Positions 8,302 through 17,460 of a stretch of 64,000 nt of DNA are shown here, piece after piece. This stretch comes from an uncultured Acidobacteriota bacterium (GTDB lineage: Bacteria > Acidobacteriota > UBA6911). Made by a program: the position numbers and the translations under genes. Positions within the stretch are counted from its first letter, which is position 1, and every line of letters starts with the position of its first letter. The stretch spans positions 384,001 to 448,000 of the forward strand of contig CAWEJX010000020.1 in the NCBI GenBank assembly GCA_963809485.1, given 5' to 3'. The notes under the pieces were generated by a model that saw nothing but the letters and a program-made list of their open reading frames with translations, had not been told where the DNA came from and searched no databases.

Positions 8302-11073
8302 TCATACCATGGTTTCGCGCCCGAATCGCCGACGAAGCGCAAATTTCCAGATCTCTATGATGAAGAGCACAAGCAGAGCGGCTCCCGCGGCCAGCCCCAG
8401 GTCGGGCCATGGCATCGGCACTGTTCCAAATATCCGATTGCCTATCGGAGTGTAGATTACGGCCAACTGCAGGGCCGTGGTGAGCAGGATAGCCCCAACC
8501 AGCGGCCGGTTCCCTAGAAGCTTCATCCTGAAGATCGATTCTTCCTCCGAACGCGATTCCAGGGCTACCGCCAGCTGCGTCAATACTAGCACCGTGAAAA
8601 CCGTGGTCTGCCAGGCGGGATCTCCCAGGCGCCAGAGTTCCCAAGCTGTCGTGATTGCAGTCAGGCTCATAAGGATGCCGATCACGAGGATGAACAGAGT
8701 CATCTCGCGGCCGAACACTCCCGCGGACCGCGAGCGGGGAGGCCGCCTCATCACGTTTCGTTCCGCAGGTTCGACGCCCAGGGCCAGCGCCGGCGGCCCG
8801 TCTGTGACCAGGTTCATCCAGAGGATCTGAAGCGGAAGCAGCGGCAGTGGCATGCCAAGCAGCGGCCCAAACAACATCACCGCGATTTCGCTGGCATTGC
8901 AGGTCAAAAGGTACCGTATGAAGCGGCGGATGTTGTCATAAATGATCCGGCCCTCTTCGACGGCGGAGACAATGGTGGCGAAATTGTCGTCCAACAGAAC
9001 CATGTCGGAAGCGCTCTTTGCGACATCCGTGCCGGTGACCCCCATCGCGACGCCGATATCCGCTTTTTTGAGGGCAGGCGCATCGTTGACACCGTCGCCG
9101 GTCATGGAGACCACATCTCCCTGTTTCTGGTATGCGTCGATGAGCTTGAGCTTGTGTTCGGGCGAGACCCGGGCGAATACGGAAATCTCGCGCGTGGCTT
9201 CCACAAGCTCTTCCACCGGCATCTGCTCGATCTCCTGGCCGGTCAGGAACCGGTCGTTACGGGAAATGCCGATCTGCCGCGCGATGTGCTGTGCGGTCAG
9301 GGGGTGATCTCCGGTGATCATTGCAGTGCGGATGCCGGCGTTGTGGCAGCTCTCCACGGCCATCCGGACTTCCGGGCGGGGAGGGTCGATCATTCCAAAA
9401 AGCCCGAGCAACGTAATGCCTCGCTCCAGTGCTTTTTCTGCAGTCTCGTCAGGCGGCAGTTCCCACGTGCGAATGCCGACGCCGAGAACGCGCATGCCTT
9501 TCTGCGCCATACTGTCGTGCGCGGCCATGATTCTCGATTCCCAGGTTGCGTCGAGTTTTTCGCGCCTCCCATTCACCCAGACGTGGCTTGTAATGGAGAG
9601 GAGCCCGTCGATGGCTCCTTTGGTGAAAGCGATGTACGGAGGAACCGCTACAGTGTCCCTGCGCTCCCAGAACGGCCTCAAACCCGGCGGAAGCTCGCTG
9701 TCCGCCTGCGGTGTGCGGTGCAGCGTGGTCATCCGTTTGCGCACAGAATCAAACGGGACTTCCGCGATGCGCGGAAACGCGCGGTCCAGGTCCGGCTTCA
9801 TAAGGCCCACGCAGGCCGCGGTCAGGACCAGGGCTCCCTCGGTGGGATCGCCCACTGCACGGTAGCGTTCCTGTTGTGTCTGGTCCTTCGATAGAGCGGC
9901 ATCGTTGCAGAGCGCTCCGGCAATCAGGAGCAGATCGAGGGTGGGCTGCACATTGGCATGCGGGACATCGGCTTGCGGATCAAGCGTAAAGCACGCTTCA
10001 TTCGGAGGCTGGCTGAGCTCAATCGAGTGGTTCGCGATGTCCAGGGCCACAACGGTCATCCGGTTCAGGGTAAGGGTTCCCGTTTTGTCGGAGCATATGA
10101 CCGTTACGGAGCCGAGGGTTTCAACGGCCGGAAGCTTACGGATCAACGATTTCCGCTTCAGCATGCGCTGCGCCCCGAGAGAGAGGGCGATGGTCACCAC
10201 GGCCGTAAGAGCTTCCGGCACGGCGGCTACGGCGAGGCTCACGGCCGTCAGCAGCAGTTCCTCGATTTTGCTCTGACCACGGATCCACCCCAAAACAAAA
10301 ACAACTGCAACCAGGCCGAGCGCAGCCTGGGCAAGCAGCTTGCCGAGCTTGTTCAAACGCTGCTGCAGGGGAGTCGATTCCCGGGTAACAGACTGCATCA
10401 TGCTGGCGATATGGCCGAGTTCGGTACGCATGCCGGTTTCGGTGACAACGAACTCGCCCCGGCCATAGGTGACGACCGTCCCGCTGTAAATCATGTTTCG
10501 GCGGTCCCCCAGGGCTTTCTCGCTCTCGAACAGAAGTCCACCGTCCTTTTCCACAGGCTCGGATTCCCCGGTCAAAGCCGACTCGTCTACGCGCAGGTTG
10601 ATTCCCTCGAGAACCCGTCCGTCGGCAGGTACGATATTTCCGGTTTCCAGCACGATGATGTCCCCCGGAACCACCTCTCGTGCGGATATTTCTCTGATGC
10701 TGCCCTCGCGGCGCGCGCGCACCGTTGGAACAGCCATCCGTTTCAGCGCCGCCATGGATTGTTCGGCTTTGAATTCCTGAATATAGCCAAAGACGGCATT
10801 CAGAATGACGATGACCAGGATGACGATAGCCTCCAGCCAGTCCCCCAGCAGGGCTGAAACAAGGGCTGCAATCAGCAGCAATATGGTTAAAACCCCCGTC
10901 AGCTGCTCGGCAAGTATCTGCCAGCGCGTCCGGCCGTCCTTACCGACCAGTTCGTTGAATCCTTGCTCATGGAAACGCTTTTCAACTGCCGCTTCCGATA
11001 GCCCCTGCAGCGGATCGCTGTCGAGCCGCCGCAAAACGTCGGAAGCTGTAAGCCTGTACCATTCAGTCCGCAT
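8302..11073 (-). CDS. Cation-transporting P-type ATPase (type II, Ca2+-ATPase-like)
   Basis: LTGES, PEAL, phosphorylation motif [31 protein letters not shown]. Confidence 0.95.
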   Translation of the reverse strand: MRTEWYRLTASDVLRRLDSDPLQGLSEAAVEKRFHEQGFNELVGKDGRTRWQILAEQLTGVLTILLLIAALVSALLGDWLEAIVILVIVILNAVFGYIQEFKAEQSMAALKRMAVPTVRARREGSIREISAREVVPGDIIVLETGNIVPADGRVLEGINLRVDESALTGESEPVEKDGGLLFESEKALGDRRNMIYSGTVVTYGRGEFVVTETGMRTELGHIASMMQSVTRESTPLQQRLNKLGKLLAQAALGLVAVVFVLGWIRGQSKIEELLLTAVSLAVAAVPEALTAVVTIALSLGAQRMLKRKSLIRKLPAVETLGSVTVICSDKTGTLTLNRMTVVALDIANHSIELSQPPNEACFTLDPQADVPHANVQPTLDLLLIAGALCNDAALSKDQTQQERYRAVGDPTEGALVLTAACVGLMKPDLDRAFPRIAEVPFDSVRKRMTTLHRTPQADSELPPGLRPFWERRDTVAVPPYIAFTKGAIDGLLSITSHVWVNGRREKLDATWESRIMAAHDSMAQKGMRVLGVGIRTWELPPDETAEKALERGITLLGLFGMIDPPRPEVRMAVESCHNAGIRTAMITGDHPLTAQHIARQIGISRNDRFLTGQEIEQMPVEELVEATREISVFARVSPEHKLKLIDAYQKQGDVVSMTGDGVNDAPALKKADIGVAMGVTGTDVAKSASDMVLLDDNFATIVSAVEEGRIIYDNIRRFIRYLLTCNASEIAVMLFGPLLGMPLPLLPLQILWMNLVTDGPPALALGVEPAERNVMRRPPRSRSAGVFGREMTLFILVIGILMSLTAITTAWELWRLGDPAWQTTVFTVLVLTQLAVALESRSEEESIFRMKLLGNRPLVGAILLTTALQLAVIYTPIGNRIFGTVPMPWPDLGLAAGAALLVLFIIEIWKFALRRRFGRETMV

Positions 11074-11109
11074 ATCTGCTCCAGTGAGGGGGGACAGTCA
11101 CGGTCGAAT

Positions 11110-11463
11110 CTAATCTTGTCGTCCAAAGAGGCCGAGACTCTTGACCACCTTCGTCTCGATCGGGAAACCCGCGTTCAGGTGCTCCACGCGGTATCGCACC
11201 AGCGGATAATAGAGCTTTGCCAGCGCTTTCACCGCAGGGTTGGTTGCCTTGTATGTAAAATTCGTTCCCATGAACATCAAAGGGAAATCCAGCCCGGAGA
11301 TGAGTTCCTTGGTCTTCTCCGGAATCCAGGGAGCATCTTTCGGCACATACCGATAATTCAGCGGCGCCCAATCCTCAAGGCTTTTCGGCTCCTTCAGGCC
11401 CAGACTCACGGCAAGCCGGTAGAGTTCAGTCCCCGGATAGGGTGTATAGATATTAAAGCCATT
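11110..11463 (-). pseudogene. C-terminal remnant of a (B12-binding-type) radical SAM protein
   Basis: FNIYTPYPGTELY motif and the following helix. No CxxxCxxC, and the upstream frame looks non-coding. Confidence 0.65.
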
Positions 11464-11683
11464 CGCCTGCCTTTCAGGATCCCGAAGGTTGAGCAAAAAT
11501 CTCTCCGGGATAACGCTGTCTGTTCTGCCGAGTGTCCGGACGAGGGCGGCTTCAGGATATGGAAATTCCAGGCTCCGGGTCAACATTTTCCGGGCGTCCG
11601 GTTCTAGACGCAATCTGTGACTGCGTAGATCGGATATTGCTGAATGCTTATAGCGGCTTGTGCTATTCCCTAAGAGCCCATCC

Positions 11684-11895
11684 CGAAAGGCCGACTTCAC
11701 GCTAACGGCATTCCACCGGACACACGATTTCCTGGGCTATGGCATCTTCGAATTGCCTTTCGGTCCGAACAGATTGCTGGGCAAAAACACGCATGGTGTC
11801 TTTGCGCGGCTGATTGAAGGCTGGCAGCTTGGCGCCATGTTCGACGTCAGTACTGGAGCCCCGCTGAATGTTATTGGCCGAACTTCCATCAGCAA
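11684..11895 (+). pseudogene. Internal fragment of a TonB-dependent receptor barrel
   Basis: YGIFELPFGPNRLL...LIEGWQLGAMFDVSTGAPLNV resembles YDLPFGKNRHFL...LVGGWTITGFLRYQSGAAL of the receptor at 40.7-44.2 kb. Confidence 0.65.
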
Positions 11896-12066
11896 TATCC
11901 AACCCGTCACCGTCGTCACGGCTGGTGCCCCCGGATACTCCCCCGGATACTGCGGACAACCTGCAGCGTCTGTTCCGCGAAAACGGCTGGACCGACGGGC
12001 TTCCGGTTATCCTTCCTAAGAAAGCGCGCGTGGCCGAAATGCCCAAGGGAACCAGCCACAAGCCCG
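11896..12066 (+). pseudogene. Internal fragment of a UGSC-family protein
   Basis: LQRLFRENGWTDGLPVILP...VAEMPKGTSHKP matches LQKMFLEKRFTDFLPVILP...VDEMLKATSHQP in the gene at 53027-54718. Confidence 0.7.
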
Positions 12067-12072
12067 CAATTT

Positions 12073-12270
12073 CAGATGACGGAATTGGAGCTGGATCCGC
12101 CGAAATACAATGAAGTTCTGGTCAAAGTATCGGTCTGCGGCGTCTGCCAAACCGATGAGGTCGCGCGCCAGCAGATCATCCCTGTCCCGCTGCCCTCCGT
12201 CTTCGGCCACGCGGGCTTCGGCGGCGTCGAGGATACCGGGCCCGGCGTGACCGATTTTAAAAAGGGGACT
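12073..12270 (+). pseudogene. N-terminal fragment of a Zn-dependent alcohol dehydrogenase
   Basis: EVLVKVSVCGVCQTD...LPSVFGHAGFGGVEDTGPGVTDFKKG, a decayed C-H-T-D / GHE GroES-like domain; truncated. Confidence 0.75.
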
Positions 12271-12362
12271 GCGTCGGCTTTTCTTAAGGCTGCTGCGGCG
12301 CCTGCGAGGCTTGCCGGACCGGCCGCCCGTGGTCGTTGAAACGGAAGCTTGCCCCTCATTCT

Positions 12363-12520
12363 TCATCGTTTCAGGAAAAGCCGCGGTGCAAAGTCCTTCA
12401 GATCGCGACGCCATGTCTGCCACTCATGATCGGTTCCGGGGGATTCGTAGTAGACGTGTTGAATATTCGCCTTCAAAAGCGATTGATGCAGCCGCTGGAT
12501 TCCGGTGCCATACCCAAATG
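12363..12520 (-). pseudogene. C-terminal fragment of an alpha/beta-hydrolase esterase
   Basis: HVYYESPGTDHEWQTWRRDLKDFAPRLF, similar to the C-terminus of the esterase at 37663-38922. Confidence 0.7.
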
Positions 12521-12673
12521 CTTCATCTCTTGCCTCCTTGTTTACGCTCAATTTTTAAGGCAGCGGCGCCTTGAACTCCTCACTTATGAAGGAGAGCGGA
12601 GTTCCACAAATTTCACGATTAGCCCGACGTTTTCGGCTGATCTGTTCCTCGCATTTTGCTCCCCCTGCGCCGG

Positions 12674-12760
12674 TCAATATCTGCCGTATTCCTTCGTAAA
12701 TTCAATCATAGCTTTCAGGTTTTCCGGTTTCACCTCGTCCGTGGAACTCCTCTGCCTCAT
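12674..12760 (-). pseudogene. Probable C-terminal remnant of a uroporphyrinogen-decarboxylase/MtaA-family protein
   Basis: Manual translation DEVKPENLKAMIEFTKEYGRY* resembles the PEN..AM..KEYG.Y terminus of that family. Confidence 0.5.
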
Positions 12761-13113
12761 CCCGACTCAGCCTCAAAACTGAATGGAGCTTCTCAAATCC
12801 TGGCAATCGGCAAGGGTGACAGCAGCGTTGCAGCGGCCACGATTTAAAATAGTCTCCCCAGTCCAGCCTCCGGGGAATGGCTTTCGACCTCAGAGGTTTG
12901 ATGAAGGCCATTCTCTCCTTTTTTATCCCTATTATTCTATGAAATCTTCGGTTCAGGCACCTTCATTTCCGAAGGAGGCACATCGGGATTATGAGGAGCT
13001 TCCAAGATCCTTTTATCAAAGTCTCAAAAATATCCTCAAATGGATTCAGGGGACTGATGTAAAATTCCACCACAGGAAAATTCATCCATTTGCATTAACG
13101 CCTGGAGATCACT

Positions 13114-14406
13114 ATGAGCCGAGTTGTGAGATTATCTTCTGCGCTGCTGTTCATTCTCTTGTTCGGTATATCGTCCATGGTATCCGCGGCAACGATGCCC
13201 ACGGCGAAACCGGAGGAGATGGGATTTTCCTCGGATCGCCTGCAAAGGATCCATGAGCTGATGCAGCGAAATATGGACGCAGGAAACTTTGCCGGCGCCG
13301 TCACACTGGTTGCGCGGCAGGGCCGCATTGTGCATTTTGAAACGCACGGCCTGATGGATCTGGATGCGAAAAAGCCAATGGCAAAGAATGCCATTTTTCG
13401 GATCATGTCGATGACAAAGCCCGTGGTCGGGGTCTCAATCCTGATGCTTCTGGAAGAGGGCAAAGTCAGGCTCAACGATCCGGTGTCGAAGTACATTCCT
13501 CAATTCAAAGACATAAAGGTGGCCGTTCCCTTGCCAAGCCCGCCTCCATCCGCCTATGGGCCGTCTTCGCAGACACCTCAGGATCCCAGGTTCTACTCAG
13601 TGCCGGCTGACCGCGAAATTACGATTCGTGACCTGTTGACTCACACATCGGGGCTCGTCAGCGGTCCGATCAGCATGAGCCAGAATTCAAAAATCAGCTA
13701 TAAGCAGGGCGAGACCCTGGCGGATTACATCCCCCGGCTCGGCGGCATACCCCTCGAGTTTCAGCCTGGCACGAAGTGGGCATACAGTGCGCAGGCAGGA
13801 ATCGATACTCTGGCTCGCATCGTGGAGATCGTCTCAGGGCAAACCTTCGATCAGTTCCTGCGCCGCCGCATCTTCGAACCTCTCGAAATGGCTGACACCT
13901 GCTTCTTTCCTGCCGAAGCACTCACGCCTCGAATCGCGACCCTTTATAGAAAAACCCAAAATGGTTTGCAGAAGCAGGACAATCCGGCCTTTATGAACGG
14001 CACCTATTTCTCCGGCGGAGGCGGATTGTTCAGCACCGCCCCGGACTATTTAAGGTTCGGCCAGATGCTGGCCAATGGAGGAGAACTCGAAGGCAGGCGG
14101 GTGCTGGGTCGCCGGACGGTTGAGATGATGGCGTCCCTTCATATACCGGACACGCTTCCGGGCAGGACGCCCGGCGAAGGCTATGGCCTGACGGTGCGCG
14201 TGATCAGCAACTCAGGCGCGGCCGCAACGGCGTTGTCCGTCGGCAGCTTCGGCTGGAGTGGCGCTTTCGGTACGCACTTCTGGGTGGATCCGAAAGAAAA
14301 AATCGTGGCGGTTCTAATGACTCAGGGAGGCAGTATGGAATCGGCTGCCGATTTTGAAACGGCCGTCATGCAAGCCGTCATTGACCAGCCAATAGTGTGC
14401 CGGTGA
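13114..14406 (+). CDS. Secreted serine hydrolase, beta-lactamase class C/AmpC-like family
   Basis: Signal peptide; SMTK (SxxK), LLTHTSGL, WAYS, WSGAFGTHFWVDP. Confidence 0.9.
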   Translation: MSRVVRLSSALLFILLFGISSMVSAATMPTAKPEEMGFSSDRLQRIHELMQRNMDAGNFAGAVTLVARQGRIVHFETHGLMDLDAKKPMAKNAIFRIMSMTKPVVGVSILMLLEEGKVRLNDPVSKYIPQFKDIKVAVPLPSPPPSAYGPSSQTPQDPRFYSVPADREITIRDLLTHTSGLVSGPISMSQNSKISYKQGETLADYIPRLGGIPLEFQPGTKWAYSAQAGIDTLARIVEIVSGQTFDQFLRRRIFEPLEMADTCFFPAEALTPRIATLYRKTQNGLQKQDNPAFMNGTYFSGGGGLFSTAPDYLRFGQMLANGGELEGRRVLGRRTVEMMASLHIPDTLPGRTPGEGYGLTVRVISNSGAAATALSVGSFGWSGAFGTHFWVDPKEKIVAVLMTQGGSMESAADFETAVMQAVIDQPIVCR

Positions 14407-14436
14407 AAACACTCCTATCTGCGCAAAGGAGAATCC

Positions 14437-14517
14437 ATGAACCCGGAAGCCGCTCTCTTTTTGTTGATCGCGCCGGTTCTAGCCTGCGTCATTGTGCGTC
14501 CGTTCATGCACTCCTAA
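14437..14517 (+). CDS. Candidate 26-aa hydrophobic small protein
   Basis: AAAGGAG shortly upstream of ATG; MNPEAALFLLIAPVLACVIVRPFMHS*. Confidence 0.35.
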   Translation: MNPEAALFLLIAPVLACVIVRPFMHS

Positions 14518-14584
14518 TCAGCCGCGAAGTCGATTAGCGAGAAGCCGATTAGGTTGTTATATCCCAACAAATTTGGTTATAACC

Positions 14585-14980
14585 AGTCAGGTGCCTCCGG
14601 CAAAGCCGGAGGCTTGAAAGATTTGTACCGCTCAAAGCGGTTGGAGGAGTTACGCCGGTCTTGAACGCTGACTTACGCGGGCAAAAGCCGATGAGGCGAT
14701 TCCGATCCCCGCAGGGGCCAGCGCTCCGCGCTGGACAGTTTTCTGCGGCGGCACCGTGGCAAACGCCGTGCGGCAAGGAGATGAAGGGTATGAGAAACCG
14801 GGCGTTTGCCACAGTGCCGCCGCAGAAAACTCCATCGGAAGCGCCTCATCGGCTTTTGCTCGCCGACCCTCGCCGAACAAATCGGCGTTTGTCAGCGCTT
14901 TTATCAGCGTTTCTCAGCGTTTCAAAATACGGAGCTGTCAAACTCCTTGAGTCCACCGGCAGAGCCGGGGGTTTACCAAT
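14585..14980 (-). mobile_element. Non-autonomous IS200/IS605-like hairpin element, copy A
   Basis: Near-identical to 62091-62476. Terminal hairpins CCTCCGGCAAAGCCGGAGG and CCACCGGCAGAGCCGGGGG, nested internal inverted repeats, no transposase. Confidence 0.8.
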
Positions 14981-15013
14981 GTAAATACGGACTACCGGGC
15001 TGCGGCGCCGGGT

Positions 15014-16303
15014 TTAGAGTTTCTTGATACCGCTGTTTGACAACAGAAACGCCATGGCAGTCGCTGCCAGCACGCAGGCCAATGCGAACAGCGTATGAGA
15101 GGGAGAAAATTTCGAAGCGAAGTATCCGGCCACCAGATTACCCACCGGCATCCCGCCTCGGAATGCCAGCATGAAGATGCTCATCACCCGGCCGCGCATC
15201 TCCTCCGTGACGGTTAGCTGCACCAGCGAATTGATCGCAGAAAACATCGTAATCAGGCACATCCCGCAAAGAAACAGGCAAAGGCAGCTGAGCGGCAGGA
15301 ATCGCGTCATTGCGAAGATCCCGAGCAGTGCGGCAAAGATCAACTGCACGCGCAGCGCCAGCAGTCCGTGATTCTTGCGCTGAGCCAGACTCGCATATAT
15401 CAACGCGCCGAGGATCGACCCGACCCCGGAGATAGAGAGCAGGTAGGAATATCCTTTGGCATCGAGGTGAAACGTGTCCTTCGCGATCACCGGCAGCAGC
15501 GTCAACAGCGGGATGCCGCAAAAAGTGCCGACGAAGCCGAGCGCGGAAAGCTGCCAGAGCGCCCCGCGCTTGCGGACAAAAGAAAACCCGCTCCGGATGC
15601 CCGCGAGCACCGATTCGTTTGTCTTCTGCGGCAGAAACGTGGCCCGGATCAAATACAGCCCCAGAATTACGGCCATAAACGACAAGCCATTCAGGAAAAA
15701 ACACGTGGCTGCGCCGAACGCAGCCATCGTTACGCCTGCGACTATCGGACCCACCACCCGCGCCAGATTGAATTGAATCGAATTCAACGCCACCGCGTTG
15801 GGAACCACCTTTCGCTCCACCAATCCCGGAATCAATGCCTGATAGGCCGGCCCTCCAAACGACATGGCCGTGCCCGCCACAAGCACCAAAATCATCATGT
15901 GCCCTATGCGCACCACCTTGACATACACCAGCAGCGTCAGGATGAAGGCGCACGTCATCTGCACGTATTGCGATCCCAGCAGAATCCGGCGGCGGTCGAT
16001 GCGGTCGGCCACCACGCCGCCGATGAGCGAAAACAGCATGAACGGCAGATCCTGGAGGAATCCGAGCAGGCCCAAAAAAAACGCAGATTTCGGGCCGGCC
16101 ATCTCCAGCACCAGCCAGGACTGAGCCACGCTCTGCATCCACGTTCCGGTTGTGGACGTGAATGCGCCCGCCCACATCAGACGAAAATCGCGGTAGTAGA
16201 ATGCCTGGAACGTACGCTTAAAGAATCCTGACTCCGATGTCTCTCCTGCCTCTTCCATCATATCCATATATTTGACCGCGGATTTCCGCGGATCAACACG
16301 CAT
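15014..16303 (-). CDS. MFS transporter
   Basis: About 12 hydrophobic segments; GGVVADRIDRRRI (motif A); MRGRVMS. Start uncertain (16303 or slightly downstream). Confidence 0.9.
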   Translation of the reverse strand: MRVDPRKSAVKYMDMMEEAGETSESGFFKRTFQAFYYRDFRLMWAGAFTSTTGTWMQSVAQSWLVLEMAGPKSAFFLGLLGFLQDLPFMLFSLIGGVVADRIDRRRILLGSQYVQMTCAFILTLLVYVKVVRIGHMMILVLVAGTAMSFGGPAYQALIPGLVERKVVPNAVALNSIQFNLARVVGPIVAGVTMAAFGAATCFFLNGLSFMAVILGLYLIRATFLPQKTNESVLAGIRSGFSFVRKRGALWQLSALGFVGTFCGIPLLTLLPVIAKDTFHLDAKGYSYLLSISGVGSILGALIYASLAQRKNHGLLALRVQLIFAALLGIFAMTRFLPLSCLCLFLCGMCLITMFSAINSLVQLTVTEEMRGRVMSIFMLAFRGGMPVGNLVAGYFASKFSPSHTLFALACVLAATAMAFLLSNSGIKKL

Positions 16304-16541
16304 CTTGGATCCGCCAGAACCCTGAGGCGAAATCTTTTTTGACTGGATGTTTGGCCGTAACGCCGCACATTTCATCGACATCGCGTGCCGACAGCATGCT
16401 ACATGCCCGCCCAATACGGGTTCCCTCATCCGTCATCATTTTTCGCGACCAGGGCGCATCCGCCGCGTTGCCGGGCAACGCACCGACATTAAGGCGTTGG
16501 CGGTTGCCCCCCAATCGACCAATGTCGCACGGGAATAATCC

Positions 16542-17004
16542 TTATGTGGGCGGGACACTGGAAAAGGCGGGCATTCTTGACATGGCGATCTGAAATACCG
16601 GCCTGTCGATTTTTCTGAAAGCAGAGCCCGCCATGTTTGACTCCGGCAGGCACATGAATAAAGCAGGTTTTGGTAATCGTCATCTTTTTGCCGTCGACGA
16701 CTAAATCGATTTCCGCTCCCAGATTGTTCGGATCGTCCATATTACTGCCGACAAAGCCGAGTATCTCATCGTGGTCAGGGTGGCTGTGTTCAGGATGAAC
16801 CTTGGGTACCGAGCCTACCACCCATACGGCTTCAACGTAGAACGATCCCGGGATAATTCTGTCGTCAATGTAGATCACTCGCCTGAGGGGATCTTCATTC
16901 GGCGTCTTGGGCGTATCATCGTCAGTTTCGAAATCGTGGACTCCCTTAGGCACTTCAAGATTGGTGCAAACAACCGCTTGGGGTTTAGCCTCAGCCTTTA
17001 CCAT
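16542..17004 (-). CDS. Cupin-like protein with an apparent 1-nt frameshift near 16620
   Basis: HSHPDHDEILGFVG...VPAGVKH. The alternative frame continues FRKIDRPVFQIAM...PT*, matching the paralog at 26142 (IRKVKKPIVFLEV). AAGGAG before ATG 17004. Confidence 0.7.
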
Positions 17005-17375
17005 ACGCAACTCCTTTATTGAATCAGATGCGGCGATTATTTAACCACGGATTTCTGCGGATATTGACAGATTTTCACGAATTAATATTGGAGCCGGTCT
17101 GATCCGCAAAAATCTCAAGCAGGCTTCGGCCGGTCATTTTGATGAATGCACCGATATGCTTCAGGAAGTGACAGGGCCTTTTGCTATAAAGGGAGTCGGC
17201 CCAAAGCTCCTTGGCTTTTTTTCGAGAGCCCATAGGGACCGGTGTGGGGCGCCGTGCCGGCAGCACAATCATGATGTACCGCCGACCGATCTGGGTGAAT
17301 CGCATACTGTGTCAAACCCCTGGTCAGCATGCCTTTGTCCACCACGGCATCCGCCTTTTCAGGTGGACGCACCTA

Positions 17376-17445
17376 TGTATGCCGGCGTTCCATGATCCTG
17401 GAACTGTCAAACCCTTTGAGTCGCCCAGCAGATCCGGCGGATTAA
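17376..17445 (-). repeat. Degenerate IS200/IS605-like left-end remnant
   Basis: tgtatgYcggcgttcca...ctggaactgtcaaac is shared with 20469-20527; ctgtcaaac...gagtc..cc.gcaga matches the element ends at 14.9 and 62.4 kb. Confidence 0.6.
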
Positions 17446-17460
17446 GAGTATGTTTGGCTT

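Noticed and set aside
11928-11951. 11-bp tandem duplication CCCCGGATACT as a target-site duplication
   Set aside because: Nothing lies between the two copies; more simply a slippage event in decaying DNA.
14549-15027. ORFs inside the repeated element (also 61567-62499 and 62010-62480)
   Set aside because: No recognisable motifs, and the 10-bp indel between the copies changes the frames.
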